Positions 51,805 through 64,000 of a stretch of DNA of 64,000 nucleotides are shown piece after piece. The first letter of the stretch is position 1. The number at the start of each line of letters is the position of its first letter. The notes beneath the pieces were generated by a model. It was not told the DNA's origin. It saw nothing but the letters and a program-made list of their open reading frames with translations, and searched no databases. Made by a program: the position numbers and the translations under genes. Source of the stretch: Eledone cirrhosa (lineage: Eukaryota); assembly GCA_964016885.1 (NCBI GenBank), contig OZ024752.1, positions 17,050,001-17,114,000 on the forward strand, in the 5' to 3' direction.

Positions 51805-52071
51805 TAAAGAGTAAATACATAGTATACAAGCATTGACAAAGCCAAAACAGTAAAAATATGTAAAACTGTTGAACTGCGGCTAACTGCAACACCTAAGGCG
51901 TTCGCGTGCTCCTGATATATTCCATATATCACCATGAGTCAACACTAGTGTCACCTTAGGATTTCTATAATAATATTATTATTACATGCCCTAATAATTA
52001 CCATCTTGATTACCCTTATTACATCTTTTTACCCCCAGTTACATTTTTATAAATATGCATTACTTGGACTG

Positions 52072-52115
<44 letters not shown>

Positions 52116-52879
52116 TTGTATATACGTCTCTTGTATATATATTTTTTATATATATTTTTGTATATATTTTTGTATATTTTATATATTGTACGTATATCAC
52201 TTGTTGAACATAGCTTGATAGCTTATGCATTTGCCAGTCTTATCTTTACCCACACCTTCCTTTATGGTGTATATTTTACTCCATTTTTTTTGGTGTATTG
52301 TTTTATTTATCTTCTGGTGTATATTTGACTTTACTTTATTTTATTTTATTCTATTTTATTTTATTTTTTATTTTTTATCTTTTATCTATTTTTTATCTAT
52401 TTCTTATCTATTTTTTATCTATTTTTTATCTATTTTTTTATCTATTTTTTATCTACCTCTTATCTATTTTTTATCTATCTCTATCTCTTAACTTGTGCCC
52501 ATCCGTCTATGATATGTTATTTGTATTAGTGTATACTGTATGTGTTGCATATGGGTGCTTGTGTGTAGGTGCATGCGGGTGCTCATGCTTATGCGTATAC
52601 TTGTATGTAGCTGTATGTTAACGGAACCCTGCCCAACTGTGAGTGATAACATTTCTTTTTTATTTTTCATTTTTATTTTTATTCTTATTTTTATTTTTAT
52701 TTTTATTTTTATTTTTATTTTTATTTTTATTTTTATTTTTATTTTTATTTTTATTTTACTCTTTTCTTATTTTACTCCTTTTACTTTACTCTTTAAACTC
52801 CTCCCAACTTATGGTATCCCCACACATATTCTTCTGTTTTGGCTTTGTCAATGCTTGTATACTATGTATTTACTCTTTA

Positions 52880-52925
52880 TGCTCTGAAGAGTCCCACTTC
52901 TAGTGTGGACGAAACACTGTCAGCA
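52880..52925 (+). ncRNA. Type I hammerhead ribozyme (GUC)
   Basis: TGCT-CTGAAGA-GTCC..GGAC-GAAA-CACTG-TC-AGCA. Confidence 0.87.
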
Positions 52926-53052
52926 ATTAAAGATATACCTATGTTCTGAGCGCTCTTTGTTGTTAATTGTATTACGGCTCTGTCCTCTGACATTGAGCTA
53001 ACCATATACTGCCTATTTGATAAGTGGAGTGTTACACACTCCCAATTCTCTC

Positions 53053-53105
<53 letters not shown>

Positions 53106-53141
53106 GTTGAAAATTGCAAACTTGACTGTCACCACATATTA

Positions 53142-53180
53142 TGAACCTGAAGATTGCGAAAGCATGAAAGTACTTGATCA
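53142..53180 (+). ncRNA. Minimal hammerhead ribozyme
   Basis: TGAAC-CTGAAGA-TTGC(gaaa)GCAT-GAAA-GTAC-TT-GATCA; one helix I mismatch. Confidence 0.65.
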
Positions 53181-53330
53181 ATTAACACTTAGAATTTAAT
53201 ATTCTATCATACTATTTCATTATAATACCATTATAAATTTTAAAGGATTGTAAATAAAACGAGTAAATCAGACAAAGTTGGAATTCCTCTTATTAATATA
53301 ATCTTCTATACACAATCATATACACCCGTG

Positions 53331-53437
<107 letters not shown>

Positions 53438-53735
53438 GTATGAGACGTAGCTCCGTTTAATTGATTATTTGTCTAGTTAAGTGCTACGGGCTAAGAGGAA
53501 AGACTGGATACATTTTATCTTACTGATCCTCGGGGAGAATAGTCGGTATCATTTGTCTATTATTTCTTCGAAGTTACATTTAAAACTTATAGATCAGTTT
53601 AAATGATTATTTATCTAATTGATTTCTACGGACTAGGGTGAAGAAAGATTGGGTGTATTTTATCTAATAATTCTTCAAACTTACAATTTTATATATATAT
53701 ATATATGTATATATATATACAAACATACATACATA

Positions 53736-53837
<102 letters not shown>

Positions 53838-54124
53838 ATGTATATATACTAGACCACCCGTGACCAGTTGGGTCACGTTCGTTTCAAAATATTTTTTAAA
53901 TAATTAAAATATACACAGACATGTATATAATGTGAAATGGAACTGGAAGGCCCATACATATATGCGTGTGTATATATATATAGGAACAAGTAAGACCCCG
54001 ACGGCTGAGCTCAAGCCGTTTCGACGGCTAATTCTGGACTGTTCCTATTACCCACTCTACTACCCTAAGTATTGAGTACTTTGGTGCGTTATGGTCCACC
54101 TGGTTCCTTACCACTTTTCCTTCG

Positions 54125-54168
<44 letters not shown>

Positions 54169-54324
54169 AATTAGTATATCTACCAACATATGTATACCTA
54201 TGCTAGCAAATATATATGTTATGTCTTAGTAACTTTGTGGTTCTATGCAAGGGGATGCAGAACAATTATATGAAAGACGTAAAATAAGAAAATTATTAAA
54301 ATTAACTTACTTACTAAAATTTTC

Positions 54325-54406
54325 ACTCCAACTAATTAGTTTCTGTAAGGGAATAAATATAGTTACGCAACGCAACCATAGAAAAATCCTTACGTCATCA
54401 GGGAGT
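54325..54406 (-). ncRNA. Type I hammerhead, diverged family A copy (unit ~54165-54540, with inverted arm)
   Basis: Minus strand: ACUCC-CUGAUGA-CGUAAGG..CCUUACA-GAAA-CUAAUUAG-UU-GGAGU. Confidence 0.85.
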
Positions 54407-55628
54407 CTATTCTCAGCTAAGGATTTCTCTATGGTTGCGTTGCGTAACTATATTTATTCCCTTACAGAAACTAATTAGTTGGAGTGAAAATTTTAGTAAG
54501 TAAGTTAATTTTAATAATTTTCTTATTTTACGTCTTTCATATATATATATGAATAAAGTTAGTCCTTCATCAGTGATCTTCCAACCTTCATTGGTATTTC
54601 ATCGCTTTATAGACCATATACCTCCGGTTGGTGCGAGCAACGGCTAAAGAAAGTCGTTGGGACACGTAAATAAGGGGAACGAGCGAGACTGCAAACAAAC
54701 AAAGATGGTAATGCAACGAAAAGTGAGGAAGAAAGAGTCAAGGCCCAGATTTCCATGAATATAAGTTCGGTGAAATCGTGAACGAGAGAGAATAAAGACC
54801 ATCAAACCTAGTCGAAATGTGACCCAGGAAGGAATTTCGCACAGGTCAAACGGGAGGAAGAAGGAGTCTAGTCCCTTAATTCGGTGAACATAAGTTCTGT
54901 GAAATTATAGACAAGAGAGAAAAAAGGAACAACCAGCCTGGTTAAGCGTGCGCGAGAAAAGAATTACGCACAGGTGAAACGGGAGGAAGTAGGAGAGGTA
55001 GTAGCAGAGAGTGAGTGAGTGAAGGGCGATGAAGAGGCTAACAGAGAGAGTGACTGTTAGAGAGGGTAAAGGGAGGTGAAAGATACAGAGAAAGAGGAAG
55101 CAGTAAGAACGAATATATATATATATATATTGGTAAACGGAATAGAAAATGCTGACAAATTGTTCACAGTGGAAAATAGTTTAATGAGGAATAAATGAGA
55201 ATTAGTAATTGTATTGGTTAGTATTCAGTTTTGGTTTTAAGTTTTACCGGTTGCGCATTTCTAAATGCTTTTCAAAAATAATTTTGAGATAGAGCGTCCG
55301 TGATGTTTGCTCCGATCTGATTAGTTTTGGGAATTCTACCTGTTTTTATGTTAAAAAAGTGGCTCCAGCGCTATTAAAATTGGTTTTTGCGCCAATTCGT
55401 GTTGCAAAAATTCTTGTGGTCAAAACAATTTTGATTGGTCGGTAGAGGTCATGTGAATGTAAAAAATTGATTTTGCGCCAAGACTGAGAAATGACTCTTT
55501 CACAACAAATATGTGTGTATGTGTGTGTGTGTGTAGTAGTAGTAAAGTGTTCGTTGTTGTGATAATGGTTAGCAGGGACGTGTGTGCGAACCGCAGCCTG
55601 TTGACAGTTCAAATGCTTATTAAGACAC

Positions 55629-55709
<81 letters not shown>

Positions 55710-55817
55710 GCAGAGTAATTCGTGGTAGAGGGATGGTCAGTAGGAATGTGTCTGTAAGTGAGTGGAGGATATTTTAACATGTTAAAAGATATTTTTCAGC
55801 TCTTGTCTTATACGGAG

Positions 55818-55854
<37 letters not shown>

Positions 55855-56066
55855 AGTCTCTTTGTATGTTAATGTACGAGTGTGTATGTGTGTGTGTATA
55901 TATATGTGTGTGTGCGTGTGTGAGAATGTGTGTGTGTGTGTGTGTGGGTGGACCAGTATTTTTTTCCTGGTAAAATGGTGTACATTATTCGATATTTTCA
56001 GTAAAATTGATTCTCTCAATAGAACATCAAAAACCTTAACAATAAAAGGTGTGAAATGATATTGAC

Positions 56067-56098
<32 letters not shown>

Positions 56099-56179
56099 TT
56101 CACTATATATATATATTTTTTTTTTGTGTTGCACCATAGAACATGTGTGTTTACGTATGTCATTGTGTTTATATGTGGG

Positions 56180-57520
56180 TAGAGATGTGTGCTGATGTAG
56201 GTATGTATGTTGATGTGTGTATGTTGTGGGTTCGTCTTAGGGAGAAGTGTTTAGACGGGGTCCGTATTTGTTAATAAAGTAAGATTCCTTGCTGATGCGC
56301 TGGGTGTGGGTGGCATTATCTTTAAATTTGCAGAGGGGAAAGATTCTGAAGTTGGGATGATTTTGGGCGGCACAGGTATCAATGTGTTCACTCAGTGGTA
56401 TTTTCCTGTATTCCCGTATTTTAATTTGGGATCTATGGGCAGTCATGCGTTGGTGGAGGCTGTTTTTGGTCTGGCCTATGTATTGTTCTCGACAACCTGA
56501 GCAAGTTAATACATATATTAGATTTTCCAATGCACATGTGAAATTGTGTTTTACTATAAAACGTTGTCCTTCTTTGAAATAGAATTCCGAACCCTCTATT
56601 AGGTTGATGCAAATGCCACAGTTGGGTCTATCGCATTTTTTTTACTGTGGGTTTCGTTGTTGTGGTTGGCAGTACTTTGGCATGTGTTAGGATGTTTTTC
56701 ATTGACTTAGATTGTCTTTTGCTCTTTATGATATCGTGTGTTCGTAGGATTTGGTTCATTCTATGGTCCTTTTTCAACACAGGGATGTTCTGGAGGATGG
56801 TGTCGAAGGCCTCATTGTTGAGGGGGTTGTGTGTGGAACTTTTAGTTTCGGTTGATTTACTTTAGGGTGTCTAAGGTCCTGGGTACTGAGTTTTAGGGCA
56901 CGTTGGAATCAATTGTCAATTAGTGATGCAGGGTAGTCCCTGCCTATGAGTGTGTCCTTTAATTCTTGTAGCCGTAAGTAGCAGGTGTTTTTATTGGAGA
57001 CTATAGTACAGATTCTCTTGGCTAAGTTGTAGGGAATATTAATTTTAACGTGTCTAGGGTGGCAAGAGTTGAAAGGAAGATATTGCTTGGAGTCTGTGGG
57101 TTTGTAGTATATGTCTGTTTCTATTTTTTTGTTATGGATCTTAATGAGGATGTCGAGGAAGGGGAGTTGTTGATGGCTGTATTCCATCGTGAAGTTAATA
57201 TTCGTGTTGAGCCCATTTATAAGGGTGTAAAATTCTTTAAGTTTTTCGATGTTTTCGTGCCAAAGGATGAAGCAGTCATCTAGATATCGCTTCCAGTTCC
57301 TTTCTATGTGTAAGTGGAGAGTGTTTCCAAATTTGTTTAGGACTTTAGTGTAGAGGGTGATTTCCAGGTATCCCATGACTAGGTTGGCATAATTGGGGCT
57401 GTTTTCGTTCCCATAGCGGTCCCAGATTTCTGCCTGTAGGGTTTGTTATTGAAAACGAAGTAATTGTTCTCCAAGATAAATTTGAGTCCCTCTATCACGA
57501 ATTCAATATTCCAATTGGAT
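56180..57520 (-). mobile_element. Penelope-like (Neptune-type) element, 5'-truncated, frameshifted
   Basis: QKSGTAMGTK, RYLDD, LPFLD, YYKPTD..SCHP, CxxC linker and NLIYVLTC..QYIGQT..HRS (GIY-YIG). Confidence 0.9.
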
Positions 57521-57524
57521 GACA

Positions 57525-60500
57525 CTCGCACTTTCAAACATTCGATCGTTGAAGAGAACAACCCTCGGAGGTACACTAATAATGCCACAACTACAGTCAG
57601 GTTGAATAACTGGTTATTCTTCTAACTATATCTTCTGAAGACACCTTTTATTCGAATTCGTAGAGATATCCGACTAAATACATAATTCATCTTACAAGGA
57701 TTTGCTACAAACAGCATGGCTGAACACAACATCAACAAAAAAATTAAGGAAATACCGAAGACAAATAACAAGGAAGGTAATCAAACTTTATTCAGTTGTA
57801 ACTACAGAAGAAAACGAAATTATAAATCGCATTTCTCTTTGAGTTGCGAACTTAATAATGATTTATTTAATTGTTATAAAATGGCAAAAAACAATCCCTC
57901 CATTGGCTATATGAATAGAATGAAGCTACACTGGGACGAAATGCACCCAGAGCTAAATTATTTCATAGCGAAACAATTACGCCAACAAGCGACGTTTGTT
58001 GAAAGTAAAAATAAGATAAATATTATTAATTGTAAGTCCCCCACAACAAACATGTTATCAACAACTCGTGTTACAGTTAAGCTACTAAACTTCCTAGCAG
58101 TCAGGTCGATCAATGCCTTGAAACAACTATGCCAGTAAGAAACTTGACACCACCTGTACCATCTAAGTCTACCTCGAATGCTTGGAAAAACACTATCGAT
58201 AATAATAATAATCGAAGAAATTTGACACCACGTGTACCATCCGAGTCTACCTCGACTATTGTGGAAAATACTATCGATAATGATAATCAAAAGTATAAAC
58301 AATTGAAAATTTCCCTCAATGAAATCTTCCCGAGAGAAATTAACTCATGTATAAATATCTCTCTTGCTGAACGTGTTAAAACGACAATGTTGAATAAAAA
58401 ACCAAATAATGAAATATTACGTGTTATTGACGAAATAGGGATGAATATTTACGACGGATAAAAACCCCAACATTTTGGCAAATCAACGCCAAAAATACCA
58501 TCATATATAACTAAAATAGAAAAAAGATTGCTGACCTACGAAAAAACATAGGATATGTGACAATGCTCCTTACATGCAAACAAACACAAAAAAACCTCAC
58601 TCCTCACCAACAAAGAGTGAAAAATAAAATAGAAACGATGTTTGGTAACAGTAGAACCAGAACTCTCCAATATAAGCTGATCACCCTCAAACAAGAATTT
58701 AGAACTGTTAGCGAAAAACGCCGATACCTGAAGAAGGTAGATGAGATAAAAGTGCTTAATAAAAGATTCAGACGAAACCAAACATCAGTCTATAGAAATA
58801 TGAAGGGCAAAATAATAAGTGTCACCGAGACCCCATCCCAGAAAGACATAGATTCCTTTTGGAGAAAAATATGGGGTGAAAAGAAGAATTTCAACCAAGA
58901 TGCAATGTGGCTAAGAGAAATCCGAAAGAACTATTGCTCCTACACTACAACAAAAACATACGAAATAAGTGAGGGTACCCTTGAGACTGTGATAGGAAAC
59001 CTCCAAGATAAGAAAACACCAGGAAGAGACATGATTGTCGGCTACTGGTACAAAAAACTGATATTCTATCGGAGGTATCTTACTGACCTCTACCAACAAG
59101 TTCTTAAGGGAGATACACTTATACCAGAATGGTTGACATTAGCACAAACATTACTGGTCCCCAAGAACAAAGACACCCACTTGGAAAAAACTACCGACCC
59201 ATTGCATGCCAGAACCTGATGTATAAGATGTATACAGCCTGCCTGAACCTATTCCTCCCAGATCACTGTGAAAATAATAACATCATCACAGATGAACAAG
59301 CAGCTAGAAAGAAAGGGGTTTGGGGATGTGCTGAACAACTCCTAATCAACAAAACTGCGATGTCGGAGGTGCGACAACTTAGGAGGAATATGACTACAGT
59401 CTGGCTGGACTACAGGAAAGCTTTCGATTCTGTTCCCCACTCTTGGATGATAGAGGCCCTCCAACTTGCTAATGTCCCAGACATTATTGTCAGAGCCATA
59501 GAGAGGCTGTCTTCTTCTTGGGCTACTATCCTAAGGTTAAAGACAGAGAGGGAGGACTCTATTTTCACTGATAAAATAAAATATTGCAGGTGTATATTTC
59601 AGGGGGACAGTCTCTCTGTGATATTATTCATCTTGTCATTAAACCCCTTGTCCTTTCTGCTCAAGAACTGTGAGGGATACATCATTGGCTCACAGGAGGA
59701 CAGAAATACGAACCTAACCCATAATTTCTTTGTGGACGATCTGAAACTCTATGCCAAGAACATGGATGGGCTGAAGAAAAATCTTGACCTGGTTACAACG
59801 TTCTCAAAGGATATAGGAATGGAGTTTGGCCAAGATAAATGCTCATACATGACTGTAAAGCGGGCAAAAACAACAACCCAATCTAGCAACATTGTCATCA
59901 ATGGCCTGACTGTTTCACCGATATCTTATGAGGACTGCTACAGATACCTGGGGATAGATGAGAACTTATCCTATAATGGTATCTGTAATAAAGAACGCGT
60001 AACCAAGGAATACTACACCCGATTAAGAAAGATCTGGTCATCGGAACTCTCTGCACAAAACAAAATAGTGGCTCACAATGTGTTTGCTGTGCCTGTTCTA
60101 ACACCAACGTTTGGAATACTCAATTGGACGATAGACGAAATCCGAGCAGTTGATGTTGGAACTCGAAAAATACTGAACAACACCGGAAACTTCCACATCA
60201 ACAGTGACATAAACCGCCTTTACTTGAAGCGTAAGCAGGGGGGCAGAGGCCTAACATCAGTCCAGACAACATTTGAATGTCGCATCTTATCTCTCCGACA
60301 ACATCTACGAACCTCGAAGCGTAGGAGCCCGTTTCTCGAGCAAGTCTATCTGCATGAAACAGATAAGATCATGAGAGTTGGGAAGGAATTCCTCGAGAGA
60401 TATTCCCTGTGTGATAATCAAAAACTCACACCCAGGGAAGTCGCTCAGCAGTATCGCAGTGAATCCATGGATGAAAAGCTGCATGCCTATCAGCAAAAAA

Positions 60501-61403
60501 TCATGCATGGATATGTTGCCAGGAAGCTCCAGAGTGAGAGTAATATAGATAAGGAAAGTAGTCTATCTTGGACCAACAACCGCTATATTGGCTCCCACTT
60601 TGAAGGATACGCTTTTGCAATCCAGGAACAGGAGATTAGCACGAAATACCTGATTCACAAAAGAGATAGGGATGCAGGCAAAACACGTAGATGTGATAAC
60701 AAGTGCAGACTCTGCAAAAAAGATAGCCCGATAATAAACACATTAAAAGCTACAGCAATGTGGAAGACATCCATGTACATAATATGAAAGAGTAAAAACC
60801 CCAATAAAATGCAGGCATAACAGACCAGATATTATGATATGGGATAGGGAGAAGAAAGCATGCACAGGAGTAGAAATTAGATGCCCAGCAGATGCCAATA
60901 TAATATCAAAGATTAGTGAAAAGGAGAACATTTATGCAGAACTGATGAGAAATCTGCAGATACTCCACCCTGATTACACCTTCAGATTTATGCCTGCAAT
61001 TATTGGGGTACTGGGATATGTTAGTAACTGCCTCAATACAAATCTTGAGAAGCTAGGCTTCACAGGAACAGAAAGAACACAACTAGTTAGGAAATTACAA
61101 GTACAATCCATTAATGGAACAGTAAAAATATGTAAAACATTCCAAAATATTTGCATCTAATAACTGCATATACACATGTACAGATACAAAGCATATACAC
61201 ATGCACACATACAACTCAAAACGTACACATCCACACATACAATAACATCCATATCTACACACGCATGCATACATACATATCTACCTAGTTGATGTTGTGT
61301 AAATTTCAATGAGGGAGTCTTGTGTCTATGTTAGAAACCGACTCTCTCTCTATTGGTAAAACTTTGTGAAATTATAAAACCAGAAGAACATACATACATA
61401 CAC
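57525..61403 (+). mobile_element. R4/Dong-like non-LTR retrotransposon, near full length, defective
   Basis: Broken N-terminal ORFs 57716-59219, RT 59129-60787 and RLE 60834-61160; identical to 1-2560 over the shared part. Confidence 0.9.
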
Positions 61404-62152
61404 ACATGATGGCTGTCCCCTTGTTATCGAGTATGGCCATTGCACGATATACTATTATTAATAACTATCAATTAATTCTATCGTGCAATGCCTGTGCGTG
61501 AGGAAACACTGTGCACTGAGCCAATCCCGCTCTCTGAGCGACAGTAGCTATAACCCAAAAAGAAGAAAAGATCAACATCATCGGTAACTACTGAGCCGCA
61601 GGTTTTATATGTGAGTTATCCCAGCTTCCTGAATTGCCTTCTCCTAGAAGAATTCCCCGACAAAGGCTAGGGGTCCTTCACTCCCAGTGGTTTAACCAAG
61701 CGGTACATGTGTATATACATATTTACACAATTTCGGATGGCCGTTGACTCTTATGAGTTCTTCCGCCCTTTGTCAGGTTTTGTTTTTTGTCCTGCAGGGT
61801 GTCAAAAATCCTCCTCCTCACCAAGTAAACTTGGTGGGGTTGCCGGTTTAGTCGCCGACGACCCGACCATGCGACAGGTTGTACTGGGTTACATGTTACC
61901 AGTAGCACTCAAGAGTAACCCGACATACACACATACATGATGGCTGCCCCTCGTTATCGAGTATGGCCATTGCACAAGGAAAAAAAAAATGAAATAAAAT
62001 AAAATAATAATAATAATAATAATAAATAAAAAAAAAAAAAGAAATATATATATATATATATATATATACATACATATATACACACATACATACACATACA
62101 CACACACATATACACACACACATACATTAATAACAATAATAATAATAATAAT
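58844..62152 (+). repeat. Direct duplication of window positions 1-~3310 (offset 58843)
   Basis: Identical ORF translations at a constant offset. Identity runs through downstream repeats and microsatellites up to the (AAT)n tract. Confidence 0.95.
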
Positions 62153-64000
62153 GATTTCATTTATTGGCCACAAGGGCCGACATATAGGGGACAACACAAT
62201 AGACAGGGACAGTGGGGGTTTACATAGAGATCGAGTAAGTATAAATAACAAAAAAACAAAATAACAATAAAAATACAACAATGAAAGTTCCCCAATAAGA
62301 GGGATCACCACCCAGGGTTGACTCAAGCACCCCACCAGTCCTGAGCCACCCGACGCTCCTAGGGCACCCGGGAAGGGCACCCCTCTCCTTCTCGAATTCA
62401 CCAGCCTACAGGCGCATGATCAGAGTAGGCCCACTCACGCGGGCCATTCTCGCCACATTCACCCACCTTTCAGTAAATGTACTGGGGGGCAGCACTTCTC
62501 TCTCCACCCTCACCTTCCTTTCCAAGTGAAACTTGAAGAAGTTGATGAGGGATTGGCCGAAGAGAAAAGTGTCTGTCTTCAGTCCTTTCAACCTGGTCCA
62601 CCATGCAACCTCTTTCGCTACTGCCACCAGGCAGAGGAAAATTGCCTGCCCTTCCTGACCAAAAGAAGGCGGCGGGTCAATCTTCACTATGGACTCGGAC
62701 GATAGCCGGATCCGTTCTACACGCGACAATAGCTGTTCGACATAACCCCACAAGTCAGCAATGCACGGACACTGGACGAGTGCGTGCAGAACGGTTTCGT
62801 CGCTCTGCGCGCATCTCGGGCAGGTTCGTCTGACAGCACTTCCGTGCCTGTAGAGTTTATCCCGAACCGGCAGCGCCCCCCGGTAGCACTGCCAAGCGAG
62901 GGATTTCTGGAAGTTATCCATCGTCCCCGGCTCGAAAGTCCTCCGGAACATACTGGTCAGTTCTACTTCGTTGACGCCCAGAGCCTCTCCTAGTACGTCA
63001 TCGCACTTGCCCTCCACTAATCCTCTATAGAAATCTTGAGTGGAAGTTCCACTGACCGCATTGCCCACCTTGCAGAGTGCAGTGAGCGCCTGGCAACATT
63101 CCAGATGCCAGTCGCCCAGTCTCGGTCTCTTCTTGACCCAGGACTCCAGCTCAGTCAAAGAGATGAGCTGCGGAAAGGCCCGTCTAACAAACGGCGACCA
63201 CACCTGTTCACCGTTTAGGCAAAATATCTGGAGATGTCGCAGCCTCAGCGCATGTCTGCGCATCATTAGCCACGGCATGCCCAGCCCTCCACGAAGAGGG
63301 TGCTGGCAGCAGATGGACCGCCTCACCAACGGGACCCGTCCCCTCCACAAAAATTTGAAAAGGAGCCGTTCCAAATTGGCGAGGCGTGGACGGGGGCAAG
63401 GCACGACGGTCAGGCGGTAGTAGATGACGGACGCGATGTACGCGTTCGCCACCTCCGCCCGCCCTTTCAGTGATAGCTTTCTCTCAGCCCATTTCTGGGT
63501 GAGGTTGGCTATCCTGCTCGTCACCTCGTCCCAATTCTTATCCACCTGGAGGTCTGGTCCGAACCAAACCCCGAGCAACTTTACCGGTCCGTCTGTCCAG
63601 CGCCCAACGACGCTGTTGGACGGCATGGACTTGCCTCTCCAGGTGCCGAGCTGCAAGCCCACCGACTTTTCCGGGTTAAGTTTTGCTCCCGTCAACCTTT
63701 CATATTCCTCCAAATGGGTGCGGATCACCTCGATTTCCGAGGTGTCCGACACCATCACGGTGATGTCGTCCGCATAAGCGGACGCAGCCTTTCTACGTCC
63801 CGGTTCGAGCGGGATGCCCTGCAACAACTCCAGCTTCCGCAGTAGAGGCTCAAGAGTCAATACGTACAGAAGTGAGGAGAGAGGGCACCCTTGACGGACC
63901 GATCGAGAGATCTGAAACGGTTCCGAGAGGTGGCCATTAACTTTGACCACCGAGCGGATGCCGCTGTACATTGCAGCGATCCAGCTTCTGAAGACGGGGC
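62153..64000 (-). mobile_element. Tx1/L1-clade LINE, open RT frame, cut by window end
   Basis: ORF 62406-63971: VRQGCPLS, AYADD, LLGVWFG, GGLGMP, CPRC..ETVLHALVQC. 3' UTR with AATAAA abuts (AAT)n. Confidence 0.92.

Larger units (their letters stand above)
51714..52970. repeat. ~130-bp inverted repeat with a hammerhead in each arm, ~1-kb low-complexity spacer
   Basis: 51714-51846 is the reverse complement of 52838-52970, with few mismatches. Confidence 0.88.

Overview
AT-rich, microsatellite-dense animal genomic DNA. The SINE and LINE content looks like a cephalopod (Octopus-like), which is an inference. There is one convincing host gene: a GT11 alpha-1,2-fucosyltransferase on the minus strand (~47.8-49.0 kb) with a mucin-like repeat stem. 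The rest is nested transposons: R4/Dong-like, two RTE-like families, Tx1/L1-like, CRE-like, Penelope (GIY-YIG), a hAT-Buster fossil, tRNA-derived SINEs, and a 28-bp minisatellite with higher-order structure. Bases 1-~3310 recur essentially identically at 58844-~62152. The most striking signal is invisible in the ORF track. By eye I find about 21 complete type I hammerhead ribozyme cores in about 11 unrelated sequence families. They lie mostly in non-coding units arranged as tandem and/or inverted repeats between (TA)n tracts, often with palindromic (dimer-type) helix III. Diverged copies show compensatory stem changes, and one core is a U3:A8 variant. This points to a dense system of retrozyme or Penelope-pLTR-like self-cleaving RNA elements. 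All calls are by-eye readings; no searches were run.
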